A stretch of DNA of 64,000 nt from Octopus sinensis (lineage: Eukaryota). The notes under the pieces were generated by a model, which worked only from the letters and a program-made list of their open reading frames with translations, ran no database searches and had not been told where the DNA came from. Of the stretch, positions 24,033 to 39,237 are shown in pieces. Location: the NCBI RefSeq assembly GCF_006345805.1, contig NC_042999.1, positions 107,570,001 to 107,634,000 on the forward strand, in the 5' to 3' direction. Position 1 is the first letter of the stretch; each line of letters starts with the position of its first letter. Both the position numbers and the translations under genes were made by a program.

Positions 24033-25611
24033 CATCATTATCGAAACTAAGAAAATACTTAAAAGGGGAAAAAGTGTAGAAAGAAAATATTTTTAAAATT
24101 GCTTGAATTAAATAGTAATCAGGAATTTTCTATAAATTAATCCAAAAAATTATTTTAGATGAGACGAAAAATAAAAACATTTTTTTCTTTAAAAAATTTT
24201 TTCTTTAAAAACATTTTGGTTATTGAAACTAAAAGAAAAAAACAGAGCTTCCATAAAATTAGATATTGAATTTTTTTGTTAATTTTTTCAAAAATATTTG
24301 AATATTTTTTTAATTGTTGGGGAGATTTTTTTTTAACTCAGCTAAGTTGACAATTACCAACTATTATCAAACATTTAAACACTTCATTATATTTATTTCT
24401 TACTTTGCCTCAAAGCTACAAACTTATAGAAGAAGAGCATAGTCATTTGAAATGATGCCATATATTACTGGTATTTAATTTATCTATCTCAGAGTACAAA
24501 AAGCAAAGATACATCCAAATAGAATTTAAACTAAAATCATAGAAAGACAAAACTAAACACTATAAGTACTGCACATTTGCTATGAACTTGTCACCTTCAA
24601 CAACACATTGTATTACAGTCTTGAGTGGGCAGACAGTGCTGATCAATGATCAAAGAGAATGATTTCAGAAATTCAATATTACTACTTTCACTTTTAAAGG
24701 TATGTTATTGTAATGGTTGATCGTTTATTATCTACGATAGAGATGCAGGGAAATATATCCTAAATCTAATGTCAGATTGGCCTGCTTAATAGTATAAACT
24801 CTCTCTTTCTCTCTATACAAGTATATATCTCTCGTTTATGAAAAGTGGAAAGACAGCAATAGCTTATAGATAAAATGGTTCCCGCTAGATCAGTTTCAGC
24901 AAATGCAGTATTTACAAATTCTAAGTAGACAAAAGAATTCTAAGTATGGAGAACATCTGTTAGTAGCACAAGTTCGAAATGGTTTTATTATCCTCAAAAT
25001 TTTAGATATTCTAAAGTGATTTTGATATGATGGGTCCAAACGTAATATGCAACTTTCTCCCCTCGACCATTCTACTCTCTTTATTTCTTTCTTTGTTTCT
25101 CTTTCCATAGTTTATAGATTTCTTATGTAACATTTTGTTTATACTTTATACATATGTGAATCTTTTCCATTAAATATGCTAACCCATGTGGCATGGCAAA
25201 ATGGACATAAAACCAGTGAGAGATGAGAAGAAGATGTTAAGAATTATGACAAGAATGATAACATCAATGTCTTTTACAAAACTATGTATAATGATGATGA
25301 TGATGATGATGATGAAAGGGATGCTGGTGACAGTAATGATGACAGTGATGTTGAATCTTGAGTTATAGATTTCTGTTGAGAACCACTGGCTATCAAATTC
25401 TTCATAATCATTTCCATAACCTTTTGACATATTAGAAAATAAGCCAAAAATATAACAGACTGGATAACCTCTTCTTTCCAAGGGATTAAGAATACAAGAA
25501 GTTATTTCCATAAAACAACTTAAACTGCATTGTCTCTTATAGAATTATTGGTGGTCTTATATATATATATATACACACACACATAAATATATACACACAT
25601 ACACAAACAAG

Positions 25612-25685
<74 letters not shown>

Positions 25686-26416
25686 TATATACAAACATAC
25701 ATATACATACACACACACACATATATATATACACATGCACACTGTGGTCAGTTTATTATGTACATCTAGTAATGTATAAACTGAATACTGAGTGAATATT
25801 TAAATTATATTATATGTGATATTTACCAGACATTTTCAGCAAACCAAATGTCAGATTTATTCATTTTCACACTAACACCAGAAGAATTATACATTTTCTG
25901 AGAGCATATTTTGTTGGAAATGGCTTTTGTTGTGTTCTTAATTGAAAAGTATTATTTTAAAACTTACTGGGTGAGTTATATCTTTATGCTGTTAGGAATT
26001 CTCTTGAATGTACAAATGAGAATTTATAGTGTCAACTTGTATGTCAGTAACATAGCATTTATGCCATGATGTGTCACAGTCATTAAAATCTTCAGCGTTC
26101 AAGAGTTAGAAATATTATGCAGACAATATGAATATGTTGTCTTATAAAGCTAAGGGTTAAAACTTTATGGTGCTACATAAATGTTGGTGTGAATGAAACT
26201 TTTATTGCTAAATTTTATCACTGATTCTTTTATTCTTTTGCTGATAGCATGCTACTTTTTCTTAGACTGTGGCCATGCTGGGGCACAGCTCTTATGTGCT
26301 TTTTGTCTTTTTCACGAGGATTTGGTCAGCCCAAGGCCATAGTAGAAAACACCTGCCGAAAGGGCCATGCAATGGGTCTGATTCTAGAACCATGTGGTTA
26401 GCAAACAAGCTTCTTA

Positions 26417-26645
26417 TTTCTTTTTGCCCACAAGGGGCTAAACAGAGAGGGGATAAACAAGGACAGAAAAAAGGATTAAGTCAATTACATCGACCCCAGT
26501 GCATAACTGGTACTTATTTTATCGACCCCAAAAGGATGAAAGGCAAAGTCGACCTCGGCTGAATTTGAACTCAGAACATAACAGCAGACGAAATACTGCT
26601 AAGCATTATGCCCAGTGTGCTAACATTTCTGCCAGCTTGCCACCT
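26417..26645 (-). mobile_element. SINE family B monomer nested in a SINE A copy
   Basis: tRNA-like head plus gcctttcatcc..ggggtcgataaaataagtacc core. 16-bp direct repeat gcaaacaagcttctta at 26401-26416 and 26664-26679. Confidence 0.85.
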
Positions 26646-27231
26646 TGCTGTGTGTAGTAAGAAGCAAACAAGCTTCTTACCACACACAGCCGAACCTGAA
26701 TTCTAGTTATCTACCCCACCTTATTGATGTTTATATCTCTCATGTATTTTAGTGATGATATGTGAATATTTTTAATTAGCTGAATATTTTGAGAAGGTTA
26801 GATGCTAATCATAAGACAAAAATAATGACTCTAGCTATTTATGTATTTTTATAACTATGTTTGGATCATGGCTGAACATTGTAGATTGTTACCAGCTTCT
26901 CAGATATATATATATATTTCTTAAACCTATGTAGAATGCTATATCTTCTTCATGCAATCTATGTAAAACTAAATTTTCCCACAAGCAGTGACCAAAGTAA
27001 ATGTTAAGTTGCCTTCATGCTGCACCTTTCTGGTGGTTGACCTCTTCAGTGGTAATAAATCCTTTAAAATTAATTCGCTGCAACCTGAGAAACCTGTGTT
27101 TAATGATGCTATTTTCCTACACGTCTGCTCCAATATTCTTAAATATCTTTTTTTTTTTGGCATTTTTCAAAATTGTGTGTGTGTGTAAGTGTATGTGTGT
27201 ATGTGTGTGTGGTGTATGTACAGACAGACTG

Positions 27232-27249
27232 ATAGATAGATAGATAGAT

Positions 27250-27315
<66 letters not shown>

Positions 27316-27332
27316 AAAATAGACAGACAGAC

Positions 27333-27416
<84 letters not shown>
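27232..27416. repeat. (GATA)n microsatellite
   Basis: Directly visible. Confidence 0.95.
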
Positions 27417-27724
27417 TGATATTTTGTACCAAAGATGTAAGTGGTAAGTAGGCCTTAACATGCTACCTTGTTTAATATCACCAACTGAACCTTAGCTGCC
27501 TTTAATGGAATCTACTCTGTTGCAAGCTTCACACCACCAGAACCCTTGTCTCCATTCATGACATCACGATTTCCTGCAGACATTGACCAACAGATTATCT
27601 TACTGTGAGGATCAATTGTATCAGTCTCACTTGTCTATGAGGGTCTGCAAAGGTCATGGACCTTGCCTTTTCTCTTCTAACATATAAAAAACTCATTTGG
27701 AAAATATTCTTTCTTTCTCTATAT

Positions 27725-27789
<65 letters not shown>

Positions 27790-27796
27790 TCTCTGC

Positions 27797-27832
<36 letters not shown>

Positions 27833-30800
27833 ATGTCTTTCTGTTAATATTTCTGCATCTTGTTCTCTCTTTTTCCAGTCTCATACTATTTAATCAACCC
27901 CCACTTAACACATCAAATAATTATTATCTTTTTTCTTTAAGATTTAACAATGCCATGCTATCGTTATTAAGTGTCAGCCATATCAAACTTGAAGCTTTGA
28001 CATTTCAACACATCCTAATTTTTCTTGATATTTGTATAACTTACAGCTGTCACCTGTCATAGAATTTATAATGTCACTATCTCCAATAACAATATTTTGG
28101 GTATCCTATACAATTATAAAGAGAGACAACATATTAAGTAATCAGCTAATAAAATACTGAATTAATTAGATTAATATATTACATAGCATTTTACTCTGGA
28201 GGCAACTTGAGCATCACACTGCATTAAGAAACTGTGAAATTGTATTTTTAAGAGTAATAGCATGACCTCACACAACTGGAAAATTCAGAAATTAAACTAA
28301 GAAAAAAAGAAACAAATAAATATATGTTTCTGTATGTTATCTACAAATTTTTAAGAAGCTACAAAATCTAACGAGGATTAGTTTTCATGTATCAGCAAAT
28401 ATATCTCAAGGACAAGCTCTATATGTAACATTATTTTTAATTGGCCCTATTTTCTTACATGCTGTTCAATTGACAGTAATGCAGGAATCTTGGCTATTCT
28501 TATTCAGTAAAGAAGAAAATAAAAAGAAGATTAGTTTGTCAATGATATATTCTAGAATAGATCAGTTTCAAACATGATGTTAAAACAGAATCTACTGGCG
28601 ACATAAACTTATATTTTATAGTTCAACACATATCTCTCCTTCCATTGCATATACCAATGTAATTTACTGCTATCATATGCATGTGTTTGTATGTGTGCGT
28701 GTGTGTACATATCATATTAAAATCAATAGATTACATAAAGTATTAACAGCATGCCTTCACTAAAGTATCTTTGTAATCAACATAAGCTGGGAAGTTAAAA
28801 CCAAATATGACATACGATGGCAACACTCTCCCTTAAGCAACAAATAAACCAAGATTGTTCTGCTACTAGCAAGAACAGAAATAAAGAACTATTTCTACAT
28901 TACACCAGGAAAGCTGATAAACTATGAATTTTATATTCAGGAAGAAAAAAATATAATAAAATATAAAAAATAAACGGAAAGCAATTTTAAAATTTAACCA
29001 AAAAAAATATACTTTGAATCTTCATGCTTTTAAAATATTTCCCTGATCTTTAAAATCTTTAAAAATTCACAAAATTCTGTTAATGTAAAAAAAAAAATTA
29101 AGAAGAATTTCTTGTTCTAGCTGATTGCAATTATGGTTTGAATAAAAAGATATTTAGTAAATTTGCTGATTTGACATGTGAGTCAATGGGCAATGACACA
29201 AATGATTTCCTGAATGTATAAGTAGAAAATTACATGAGCACAGGCAAAGCTGTATGCTTTAGAAGTTTTATTTGCAATCATGTGGTTACAGTTTCAGTCC
29301 CACTGTATGACATCTTGGTTGAAAATTACCTTCTAACTGGAGTTTCGGTGGAAAGAAACTGCGAGGAAGCCTATTGTGTATGTGTGCATGCCTATGTATG
29401 TGTTTGTTATGTTGTATGTCTGCATGCATGTGTATTTATATGTATATGTCATGAGACTTCAAAACTCAACAAGACTTAAGAAGGCAAAAGAAAAGAAGAT
29501 GTAAGATATAAACCTGAGTTAGAAAGCAAAACAACAGTGGCACCCCCTTGTCATTCTTGCTATCAGAATTGCAGCAGTTTGGTATGTTGTAAATGTATAT
29601 CCAATCACACCTTATTGTCATTGTTATCATTATTCTCATCATTTTAATGCCTTTTTTGTCTTTTGTTTCTATTGGGGGTTTTGTTGTTTTTTCCCCTTGA
29701 GGCATGAATTATACAAATCTGCGATACAGCCCATTTTTGTTGGGCACCATTTCCTTTATGAGAGCTAATATTCATTGCCAGATCTGACTTGTCTATTTCT
29801 TCTCACATTAATTTATCCATCAAAATAGGTGCCACTTCACCAAGAGAAATTTGAACATGTACTCATAACGTCCTATCTCAGATACAATCTTCTCTTTTAT
29901 TTTTACTATTGCCTAAATTGTTATTCATAGTCCTACTAGATCAATATCTATAATCAGTTTCCAAATACTTTACAGCACACATGAATTTGACCCACTGAAG
30001 TATGTATAGTTTCAAATAAAGTGTGCTTTATTTTCCAAGGGTGAGTTGAGCTCATTTCTCTGTAACTGACAAAACTCTTACAGTCGTAAAATAAACTATT
30101 TTATGATAGCTACTTAGAGTTAGTAGAACTAAAATATTGATTTAGCTAAATGTCTTCTACAGAGAGAGAGAGAGAGAAGAAGAAGAAGAAGAAGAAGAAA
30201 TGGATTAATGAAACAATTTGATACTCTAATAATACTTCTTGCTTATTGTAAAATTGTAACAACAATCAAGAACTCATTTATATTTAAAGATAAAATGCAT
30301 GTTTTAAATATATTCATTGTGGTTGTAGTGCTGTAAATGATCTAACTTTATTTCTGCATTGAAAAGATAAAAACAAAATGTACATTAATATATAATTCTT
30401 GATCTCTAAAAGTAAATGAAATTTCTTACCCTTGTATTGGTAGAACCAATTCAATAAAACTATTACTTTAGTAGATGTCTCACTAAGGAAGTGTAAATTC
30501 ATAGATACATTTAAATGACTGTCTATCTATTAATTTAATTCTCTTTTAAACTGTCACTTTTCTGCTTCACACTTTTTCTTTCCCTCTTTTTCCATCCATC
30601 TAACAAGGTATACATGGATATATATATATACATACATATATGTGTGCGTGTGTATTTATATGTCTATGTATGCATGTGTGTGTATATATATCTATTTATT
30701 TAGGTCTGTTCTCACTTCGATTTCTCTATTTTCAGATGAATTAACCTCAATAGTCAATTTAAACAGAGATATCCATATATCAAAATACCTCCTCAGTTAT

Positions 30801-31886
30801 ATTTGTGTTTGTTCAAACAAAGAAAATCAAATCAGTTCAGGCAATGTGTTGTTTGTGAGTCAGTTAGCTCAATATAACTTTACTTCTTAGTCTTCAAATT
30901 AGCAGACAGTCTTCTTGACCTAAACAAAATGAAGCAAAAAATCTATCCTCACTGAAGTAACAAGTATTTCACAGTAATATTCATAATTTCTCAGGAGATT
31001 TATTCTGTCTATGCAAAGAGAGGTATTTTGGTGCTCATTCAGAAAATTGTTATATATTAGAAATATTCTGCTTTATAGAAATAGTATTAAATATTACAAT
31101 TTAAAACTGATGGTCTTAACGGTGATGGAGTGTTAATAGATATTTACAGAAAAGCAAGATAGAAAAAAAATATATGAAAACTAAAGCTGATATTTGTTGT
31201 TTTTATTTCATCACTTTTCTTTGTTTTCAAGCAAACTTTTGCTTTAATCTACTCCATTGTGAATCAAAAAATTGTTTGCTGGTTGCAAAAGTTAAATTCA
31301 ATTCATGTTTTCATATTGGAATAATTTATAGAATAATTTTTGAGAAATTGGAGAATAGAAAAATCTGATGTGAATGAACGGCTTCGAAGAAGTTAACCTT
31401 TTGCTTTGTATTTAGCCACAGGAATATTCATTTCAATCATTAAATCATCGATAAATAAGTTTTATTACAGAACAAAGCTAAGGTCTTTAAAGCTGAACCA
31501 AGAAAAAAAAAAAAAAGAAAGGAAAAGGGAAAAAAAACATGAAACATAGAGCTCCTCATTAATGAAAGTCTATGTATGGTATTCTATTCATAGAATTTTT
31601 ATACTAAAATAGATGTTTATTTATATTAGAGTCATCTGATGTGATTATCTTTATATTATATTCTTTCAGTTGGCTTTCTATAGCTAACAAGGGAGTGGCT
31701 ATGTGCTCAACTGACCTGATAGATATAGCCAAACAAGTGTCCATTATATTTTATCCTACCTTCTGAATGATGGAAGAATAAATAGGATAATGTAATCCTA
31801 TAATGTACACTATATTTGTTTAAAAGGGAAAAGAGGTTATTATGCTTGTATTGCCTTTGACCTTTGGCTGTGTGGTAGGTTAAGGA

Positions 31887-32112
31887 AATGAAAAGGTGTG
31901 CTGAAAAGTTCCTGACTTTTAAGGGTATCACAAAAAGCCTGATTGGAGGCCCAACTTTCCAAGTTCTTTTACAGGGCGTAGAAAATCTGATGGACCACTG
32001 CAATAAGGGTGTAAATCTGAGAAGGTAATATGTTAAATAAAATCATAATTGACTGATCCCCCTGTATTTTCTTTTACCCAAAGCCAGAAGCTTTTCAGCA
32101 CCCCACTCATAT

Positions 32113-32160
<48 letters not shown>

Positions 32161-32375
32161 GAGGGGTATTGAAAATTCATTGGCTATAAAGGTATTGTGA
32201 AAGACCTGGTTGGAGGCCTGACATTCTAAGTTCTTTTTCAAGGCTCAGAAAAACTGAAGGACCATTGCAATAAGTGTGTGAATCAGAGAGGGAAATATGT
32301 TGAATAAAATCATAATTAACTGATCCTCCTGTATTTTCTTTTGCCCAAAGCCAGGAATGTTTCAGCACCCTCTTG
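31887..32375 (+). mobile_element. Two mariner-derived MITE copies (about 31887-32110 and 32158-32375) separated by (TA)n
   Basis: TIRs g(g/t)gtgctgaaaagttcctg..ttt. Interior resembles the mariner C-terminal coding end (..KCV.L.G.YVE*). TA flanks on the second copy. Confidence 0.85.
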
Positions 32376-33027
32376 TATGATTTATAACCAGATGGTTCTG
32401 GGTTTGATCCCACATCATCGCAACTTGTACTTTTGTTTGATTTATTTCATAGACTCAGTTTTGATATATCTTGTCAACAAAATTTAGTATATGTATATCT
32501 ATGCTAGAGTTGATGCCCTCAACACCTGAAGAAATTTTAAGAGTATTGCCATAACAAGAACTATTTCTTGAACATTTTAAACTTAGGAGAACCTATCTCT
32601 CACCAGGTCTGAACACATCTGTAAGAAAAAGAGAGGAGGAGAGGGGAGGAGGAAAATTAACCTTGTAATTGACTTGCATTTCTATTTATGGATTCCAAAA
32701 GGATGGAAATTGAATTGTAATTCAAACTCAAAGCACAGAGAACCAAAATAAATACCACAAAGCATCCTATCCAATGGCTTAGTTTTATATTTACATAGAT
32801 TTATATATGTGCATGTATGTGTGTGTGTGTTTGTGTGTGTGTGGAGAGAGAGAGAGAGAGTGGTGGGTGGAGAGATGTATTAGGTTGGAAAGAAAGTTTT
32901 ATCATATTTCAAGATGAGAAAGTAACATAAACAAATGCTTCTTTGTCTTAATTGATATATTTAATCAAGATGATATTTCCCCTAATACTTGATAACATAA
33001 TTCCATCTATTTGGCAAATTGCTGATC

Positions 33028-33424
33028 GCTTAAGGTGGTGAGCTGGCAGAAACGTTAGCACGCCAGGTGAAATGCTTTGCAGTATTTCGTCTGCCACTAC
33101 GTTCTGAGTTCAAATTCCACCGAGGTCGATTTTGCCATTCATCCTTTCGGGGTCGATTAAATAAGTACCAGTTACGCACTGGGGTCGATCAACTTAATCC
33201 GTTTGTCTCTCCTTGCTTGTACCTTCTGTGTTTAACCTCTTGTGGGTAATAAAGAAATAGGTATTTCATCAGTCTTTACGTTCTGAGTTCAAATTCTGCC
33301 AGGGTCGACTTTGCCTTTCATCCTTTCAGGGTCAATAAATTAAGTACCAGTTGCGTCTTAGGGCCGATCTAATCGACTGGCTCCCTCACCAAAAATTTCG
33401 GGCCTTGTGCCTAGAGTAGAAAAG
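33028..33424 (+). mobile_element. SINE family B dimer
   Basis: Full monomer plus headless monomer joined at aaagaaatag|gtatttc. 12-bp TSD aaattgctgatc at 33016-33027 and 33425-33436. Confidence 0.85.
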
Positions 33425-33972
33425 AAATTGCTGATCCCTTGGGTGCAGCAAAATTTTTCGGGTATCAAAGCAAAGAAACACTCGATATCATTTTTAACCT
33501 CTTCAGAATTATCAAACTACTTTTCCAGCCAAATAATGTTGCAATGATCTGGAAAGAGGACAGTCACATGAGGTAATGTCATGAGAGTAAGGAGGATGAG
33601 GCAGAACTTCTATATTTAGTGCCATAATCTTTCTCCTGAGTGACTTGGACAGTATCTGATCTTGCCTTATCATGTAATGATTGACCAATGATTATCTTCT
33701 ATCTTTTACTTGCTTCAGTCGTTCGATTGTGGCCATGCTGGGGCACTACCTTGAACAATTTGTTTTAAATCAAAATGAATTAACATCAGTACTTCTTTTT
33801 TTAAGCCAGGTACTTATGCTATCAGTCACTTTTGCTGAACCACTAGATTAGGGGGATGCAAACCCACCAACACAATTTGTCAACTGGTGGTAGGAGGACA
33901 AACGCAAACAGAAAGACACATGTATATATATATATAAAAAAAAGAGGTGAAATCTTTTTCCTTTCCTTATAC

Positions 33973-34015
<43 letters not shown>

Positions 34016-34479
34016 GACAGGCTTCTTTCAGTTCTATATTTAAGAGATGAGGAATTATGTACATTATTTACATTTGATGGATATTTGTCCTCGTCTTTTC
34101 CTCATCATCTGCATGGGATGGAGTACATGCAGTTCTTGGTTATATTCTCTTCTATTGGTGGTTTTATTCAAAGGAGATATTTGTGAGGTGTTGTATTTGT
34201 AGAAGCAAATGAAATTTGTAGAAGCAAATTTCCTACAGCCAGATGTGTTTTGTGTTGCCAACCTACACCTATTCATAAGTAAAGTAATATTTCCCCATGG
34301 CCAGACATGTTTTCACAGAAGAGTGGAAATGATGGACACTGGATGCATGATAGTGGGTCTTGTTTACTACTATCACAGTAAGTCAAAGCCTAGAAACAGT
34401 AATACACACACACACACACATACACACACTAGCACCCACATATGCACACGCACACACACACACACACATTTCATTGTTT

Positions 34480-35352
34480 ATCTTTATTTGTTTCAGTCAT
34501 TTTACTACAGCCATGCTGGGGAACTGCTGTGAAATGTTTTTTTAGTCAAACAAATTGACCCCACACTTTTTTTCTTTTTAAGCCTGGTACTTATTCTATC
34601 AGTCTCTATTGCCAAACCACTAAGTTTTATACATACATACATATGTATGTATGGTATGTAAGTATACATATATATATATATATATATTTGATGGGTTTCT
34701 CAGTTTCCATCAACCAAATTCACTCACAAAGGTTTGGTCAGACCAAGGGTTATAGTAGAAGATACTTGCCCAGGGTACGACCAAGTGGGGCTGAACCTGA
34801 AACTGTGTGGTTAGGAAGCAAACTTTCTATCACACAGCTGCGTCTGCACTTGTATATAATTAGTCATTTATATGCATCTTGCAACTGGGAGATGAGTATG
34901 GGAAGACAAATATGTTGTTAGTTATTAAAACCAGCTTACTGAGTAAACAGACCTTTCAAAAGCCAGGGGTATGTGTGAAAATTTAGGCGCAGGTGTGGCT
35001 GTGTCGTAAGTAGCTTGCTTACCAACCACATAGTTCCGGGTTCATTCCCACTGCGTGGCACCTTGGGCAAGTGTCTTCTACTATAGCCATGGGCCAACCA
35101 AAGCCTTGTGAGTGGATTTGGTAGACAGAAACTGAAAGAAGCCCATCGTCTATATGTATATATATATAAGTGTGTGTGTGTATGCTTGTGTGTCTGTGTT
35201 TGCCCCCCCAACATCACTTGACAACCCATAACTTAGACTGATAGAATAAGTACTAGGCTTACAAAGAATAAGTCCTGGGGTCAGTTTGTTCGACTAAAGG
35301 CGGTGCTCCAACATGGCAGCAGTCAAAATGACTGAAACAAGTAAAAGAGTAA
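34480..35352. mobile_element. SINE family A copies: about 34480-34845 (-) and a rearranged copy or copies at about 34936-35352
   Basis: Head, central and tail modules as above. Confidence 0.75.
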
Positions 35353-36329
35353 ATAAATAGGGCTTTTGGTTGTGAAAAGGATGGGAACCAATGATACAGA
35401 AATTCAATCATTAGCATGGTCAATCCTGATGTGATTCCACATGCTTTCTTCTGTACAGTACTGATTGTCTCATTATTTTTACTAATAATACACATTCATA
35501 TGCCAATAATATCACGCTGTAATCCTCCTTAACCTTCTGCACACAGGCATAATTCTCAGTAACCTTGAATCTTCATGTCAAACAGCACTGAATCCATAAA
35601 CAGAGATGTTGGAGGCAGTTGTCAATGAGAACATGACAAACTAGTCTTTCTGAAAAGGGAAAATGGCATAATTGCTACTCAAATCAAGGAAACAATCTTG
35701 CTACATCCTTCCTGCACATAAACAACATTTATAATTAAATCCAGCAAAGTCACTACAAAACTCACAATTTTTATCTCACAGATATAGCATAACTAAAACA
35801 GTATTTCAAAGACCAAGTTTCTTTTCCTTCTTCAGTACTAGAAAACGCATCTGAAGGAAGTGAATTAGCAGAGTTGTTAGAATAGCAGATAGAATGCCTT
35901 GTCATATATCTTCTGACTCTTTGTATTTTGAGTTCAAATCCTTCCAAGGTCAACTTTGGCTTTTCCTCTTTTTGGGGTTCATGAAAAGGTACCAATCAAA
36001 CATGGTGCATGCACAGAATGGTAAAAATGTTGGAGCAGATGCTTTGCAGCATCTGTCCTGGTTTTTAACATTCTGAGTTAAATCTTGTTATGGTTTACTT
36101 GGGATGTAGACTTAGTTCATCACACCATTACCTGGCACCTTGAGTGGATGCCATTAGTGGACTCCACAATGCTGTAAGCATTTGTGACGAGTCTCCACTC
36201 TGAGGATACCTCCCTCCCAGCAATGTAGGAGCCCAGTAAAAGTTCAATGATGCAGCCCTTCCACCTGTTTAAAAGATGAAAAAATAAATTACTGCACTAC
36301 TCACAAATCTGTAGTGATTCTATTGCTAT

Positions 36330-36628
36330 TGTTTTTGTTTGTTTCTTCTCGAGCCATGCCTGGCTCATAAGAGCCGGTTTCCCAATTTCCTTGGCATATA
36401 GGTTCCCCACCCGGATGGGATGCCGGTTCATTGCAGGTGGGCTGCAAGATGCAGGAGGAAAGAATGAGAGAGAGTTGTGGCAAAAGAGTCAGCAGAAGTT
36501 CGCCATTACCTTCTGCCGGAGCTTAGGTGTTTCGCTCATAAACACACACATTGCCCAGTCTGAGATTGGAACCCGTGATCCCTCGACCACGAGTCTGCTG
36601 CTCTAAACACTAGGCCATGTGCCTCCAC
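36330..36628 (-). mobile_element. tRNA-headed SINE family D with Nin-like central/tail domain
   Basis: Minus: tggcctagtgtttagagc (A box), gggttccaatct (B box), cctgcaatgaaccggcatcccatcc. Related pieces at about 61600-61742(-). Related heads at 59205-59390(+) and 41990-42160(-). Confidence 0.75.
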
Positions 36629-38576
36629 CTATTGCTATTACACACTCAAATATCCCTGGTTGCATCTAAATATAAGTCATCTGAGTGGCCAACAGTTAAA
36701 AATTTGCACTCCACCCTAGCAATCAGATGTGCTACTTTCATCTGTATTTTTTTCTACGACTACTTCTTTGGTCTCTGCTCCTCTCAATTAGCAAGCTGCA
36801 CATATTTTCATCCAAGTATCCCTGATAGACTTGATTCTGTCCTTGTCATTCTAGTTGTAAGATTCTATACAAAACTCATTGTTCAATTCTTCTTTGCTGC
36901 TCACATTTTTTACCTCCCACTTCTACTTTTTCCTGTCAGCATCAATGTCCACAAGTTCAATATGAACATCAGTCTCAATGATGAGAAATTCTACAAAGGT
37001 AATGGACAGAGGGCAGTTTGTTCAATCAACTCATTTCTAATCTCTCAACACTTATAATGTAACTTCCATTGGTGAAAACATAAACAAATCTGTGAAATAT
37101 TTTATATCAAACCTCAGAAAACTTTTATTTCTTTCAGTAATTCTATATCACTCAAGAATTTATTATCAACTGAGTTTATTATAGGACTTGGTTAGAAGCA
37201 AAGGAAACATGATAAAATATGGCAATGTAATATGGTTAATTAAACAAAATGACATATGTTTAGATACCAGTACACTATATTTATAAATAATGAAAAATGT
37301 CAAACATTTAGAAATAATGCATATGTGTATGAGTATACATAAATAGAACTCCTATTGAGAGGTACTTAGAAGCTAGACACAGTAAATATATATATTTTTT
37401 TTTTGCACTTATGACTTAAGATATTTTTCTGCATCTTTGATTAAACCAAAAACATAGATGATAAAATGACACAGGCATGGCTACTACATGGATAAAAATT
37501 TTGCTTTACAACCACATGGTTTTAGGTTCAATTCTATTGCATGGCACTTTGGAAAAGCATCTTTTATGCTAGCTTTAGATTGATTAGTATCTTGTGAATT
37601 GAATTTGGCTGATAGAAATTGTGTGAAGACTCCATCCTATGTGAGGGGGAGAGTGGTTAAGAAGTTCGTTTTTCAACCATTTGGCTTCAGTTCAGTTTTT
37701 CCATGTAGAACCTTGAGCAAGTGTCTTCTAATATAGGCTCTGGTTGACCAATCTGACATTCATAGAACTTGCTAAAGAAAGCAAAGACTTTAACATCCAC
37801 TTTTCCATGCTTATTTGGGATCAGACAGAATTCACTGAGACAGACTTTTCTATTACCGTGAATAACATCAATAGTGCAGAGAGGGAAGGGTGGTATGCAT
37901 GGTTCTTCCATAAACAATCGTGCCTGGACTTGTGCTCCAGAAGGGAATTTTCTATGTGCAATCCCATGGTCATTTGTGACTGAAGGGGGTCTTCACCCTT
38001 TACCAATAATGCATATATAATACAAAAACATGATTCAGACTGTGATAGTCAATAAAATAGAAATAGAATTTTAAAGGTTATTCTTCCTGTACAGTCTGGT
38101 ACCAAACTGATCCATGAGCTGGTGCTGGTCAGCAGTCCAGTGGTTGATGACTCCTGCACTAGATAACAAACAAAAAGTTACCATTAAATAGGATCTGGTA
38201 TGATCACAGCTGAAATATCTTTAATTCCAGGTTTGTTTGATCAAGTTCAGACTGGGGCTCTAACTAAAAGAATAAAGAATAATGGAAAGTGCATGTGGAC
38301 TAGAAAGTGACAACCACCACCACCATCATCAGAACTATTTTAATGTCCACTTTTCTATGCTTGCATGGGTCAGATGGAATTTGTTGAGATAGATTTTCTA
38401 GGACTGAATACTCCTCCTATCCCCAACCTTCATCTGTTTCCTAGCAAAATAATATTTCTCTATGTCTGAATATTGCTTGTATATCAATGATGTTAGTGCT
38501 GTTCGTTTATAAATATCACATGATGTCAAAACAAGGAAACACAAACGCACATATACACACACTTGCTTATGTACAT

Positions 38577-38631
<55 letters not shown>

Positions 38632-39237
38632 CACACATATATATAACAAGTTTTGTTCAGTTCCTGTATACCAAATCCACAACTATAGCTTTAGGCATTG
38701 GTTAACTCCAGGCTATCATAGAGGGCACATATGACTAAGGTGCCATGCTGTGAGACTGACCTCAAAAGATGGGAAGAAATTTCTTAACCACACAGCAATG
38801 TTTGTTCCTACTTCATAACCACACAGACTTTGAAAGACATTTACATCTCCAGCAATTTGAGAAAGAAAAAAAAAGGTCACACATCACTGTAGGTTAATGA
38901 ATACCTAAGAAATGTAGTAGAGACTATTTATGTGAAACATAAACCAACTAATCTACTGTTTTATTATTCTAGAGAGACATATAGAGAGAAAGCAGAGGAG
39001 TGGTGTAGTCATACATCAACAGATGCATTACCACATTACTAAATATATATTAAAATCCGTTTTGCTAATATCAAAATGAATCACTCATATATTTACACAT
39101 AGTATATCATTATCATTAATGCAATCATTATAAAACTGCCAAATTTAAGCATCCTTCAGGCAATATATACCTATGTATTAGTATCTGACAACTCAATAAA
39201 ACCCTTAAGTATATGCGGTATACTACATACATACCTA

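Noticed and set aside
25179-25511. 110-aa minus-strand ORF as a host exon
   Set aside because: Partly (ATC)n-derived, no convincing splice sites, no recognisable motif.
36617-37057. 146-aa plus-strand ORF
   Set aside because: Starts in a SINE head, has no recognisable domain, and has the composition of AT-rich non-coding DNA.
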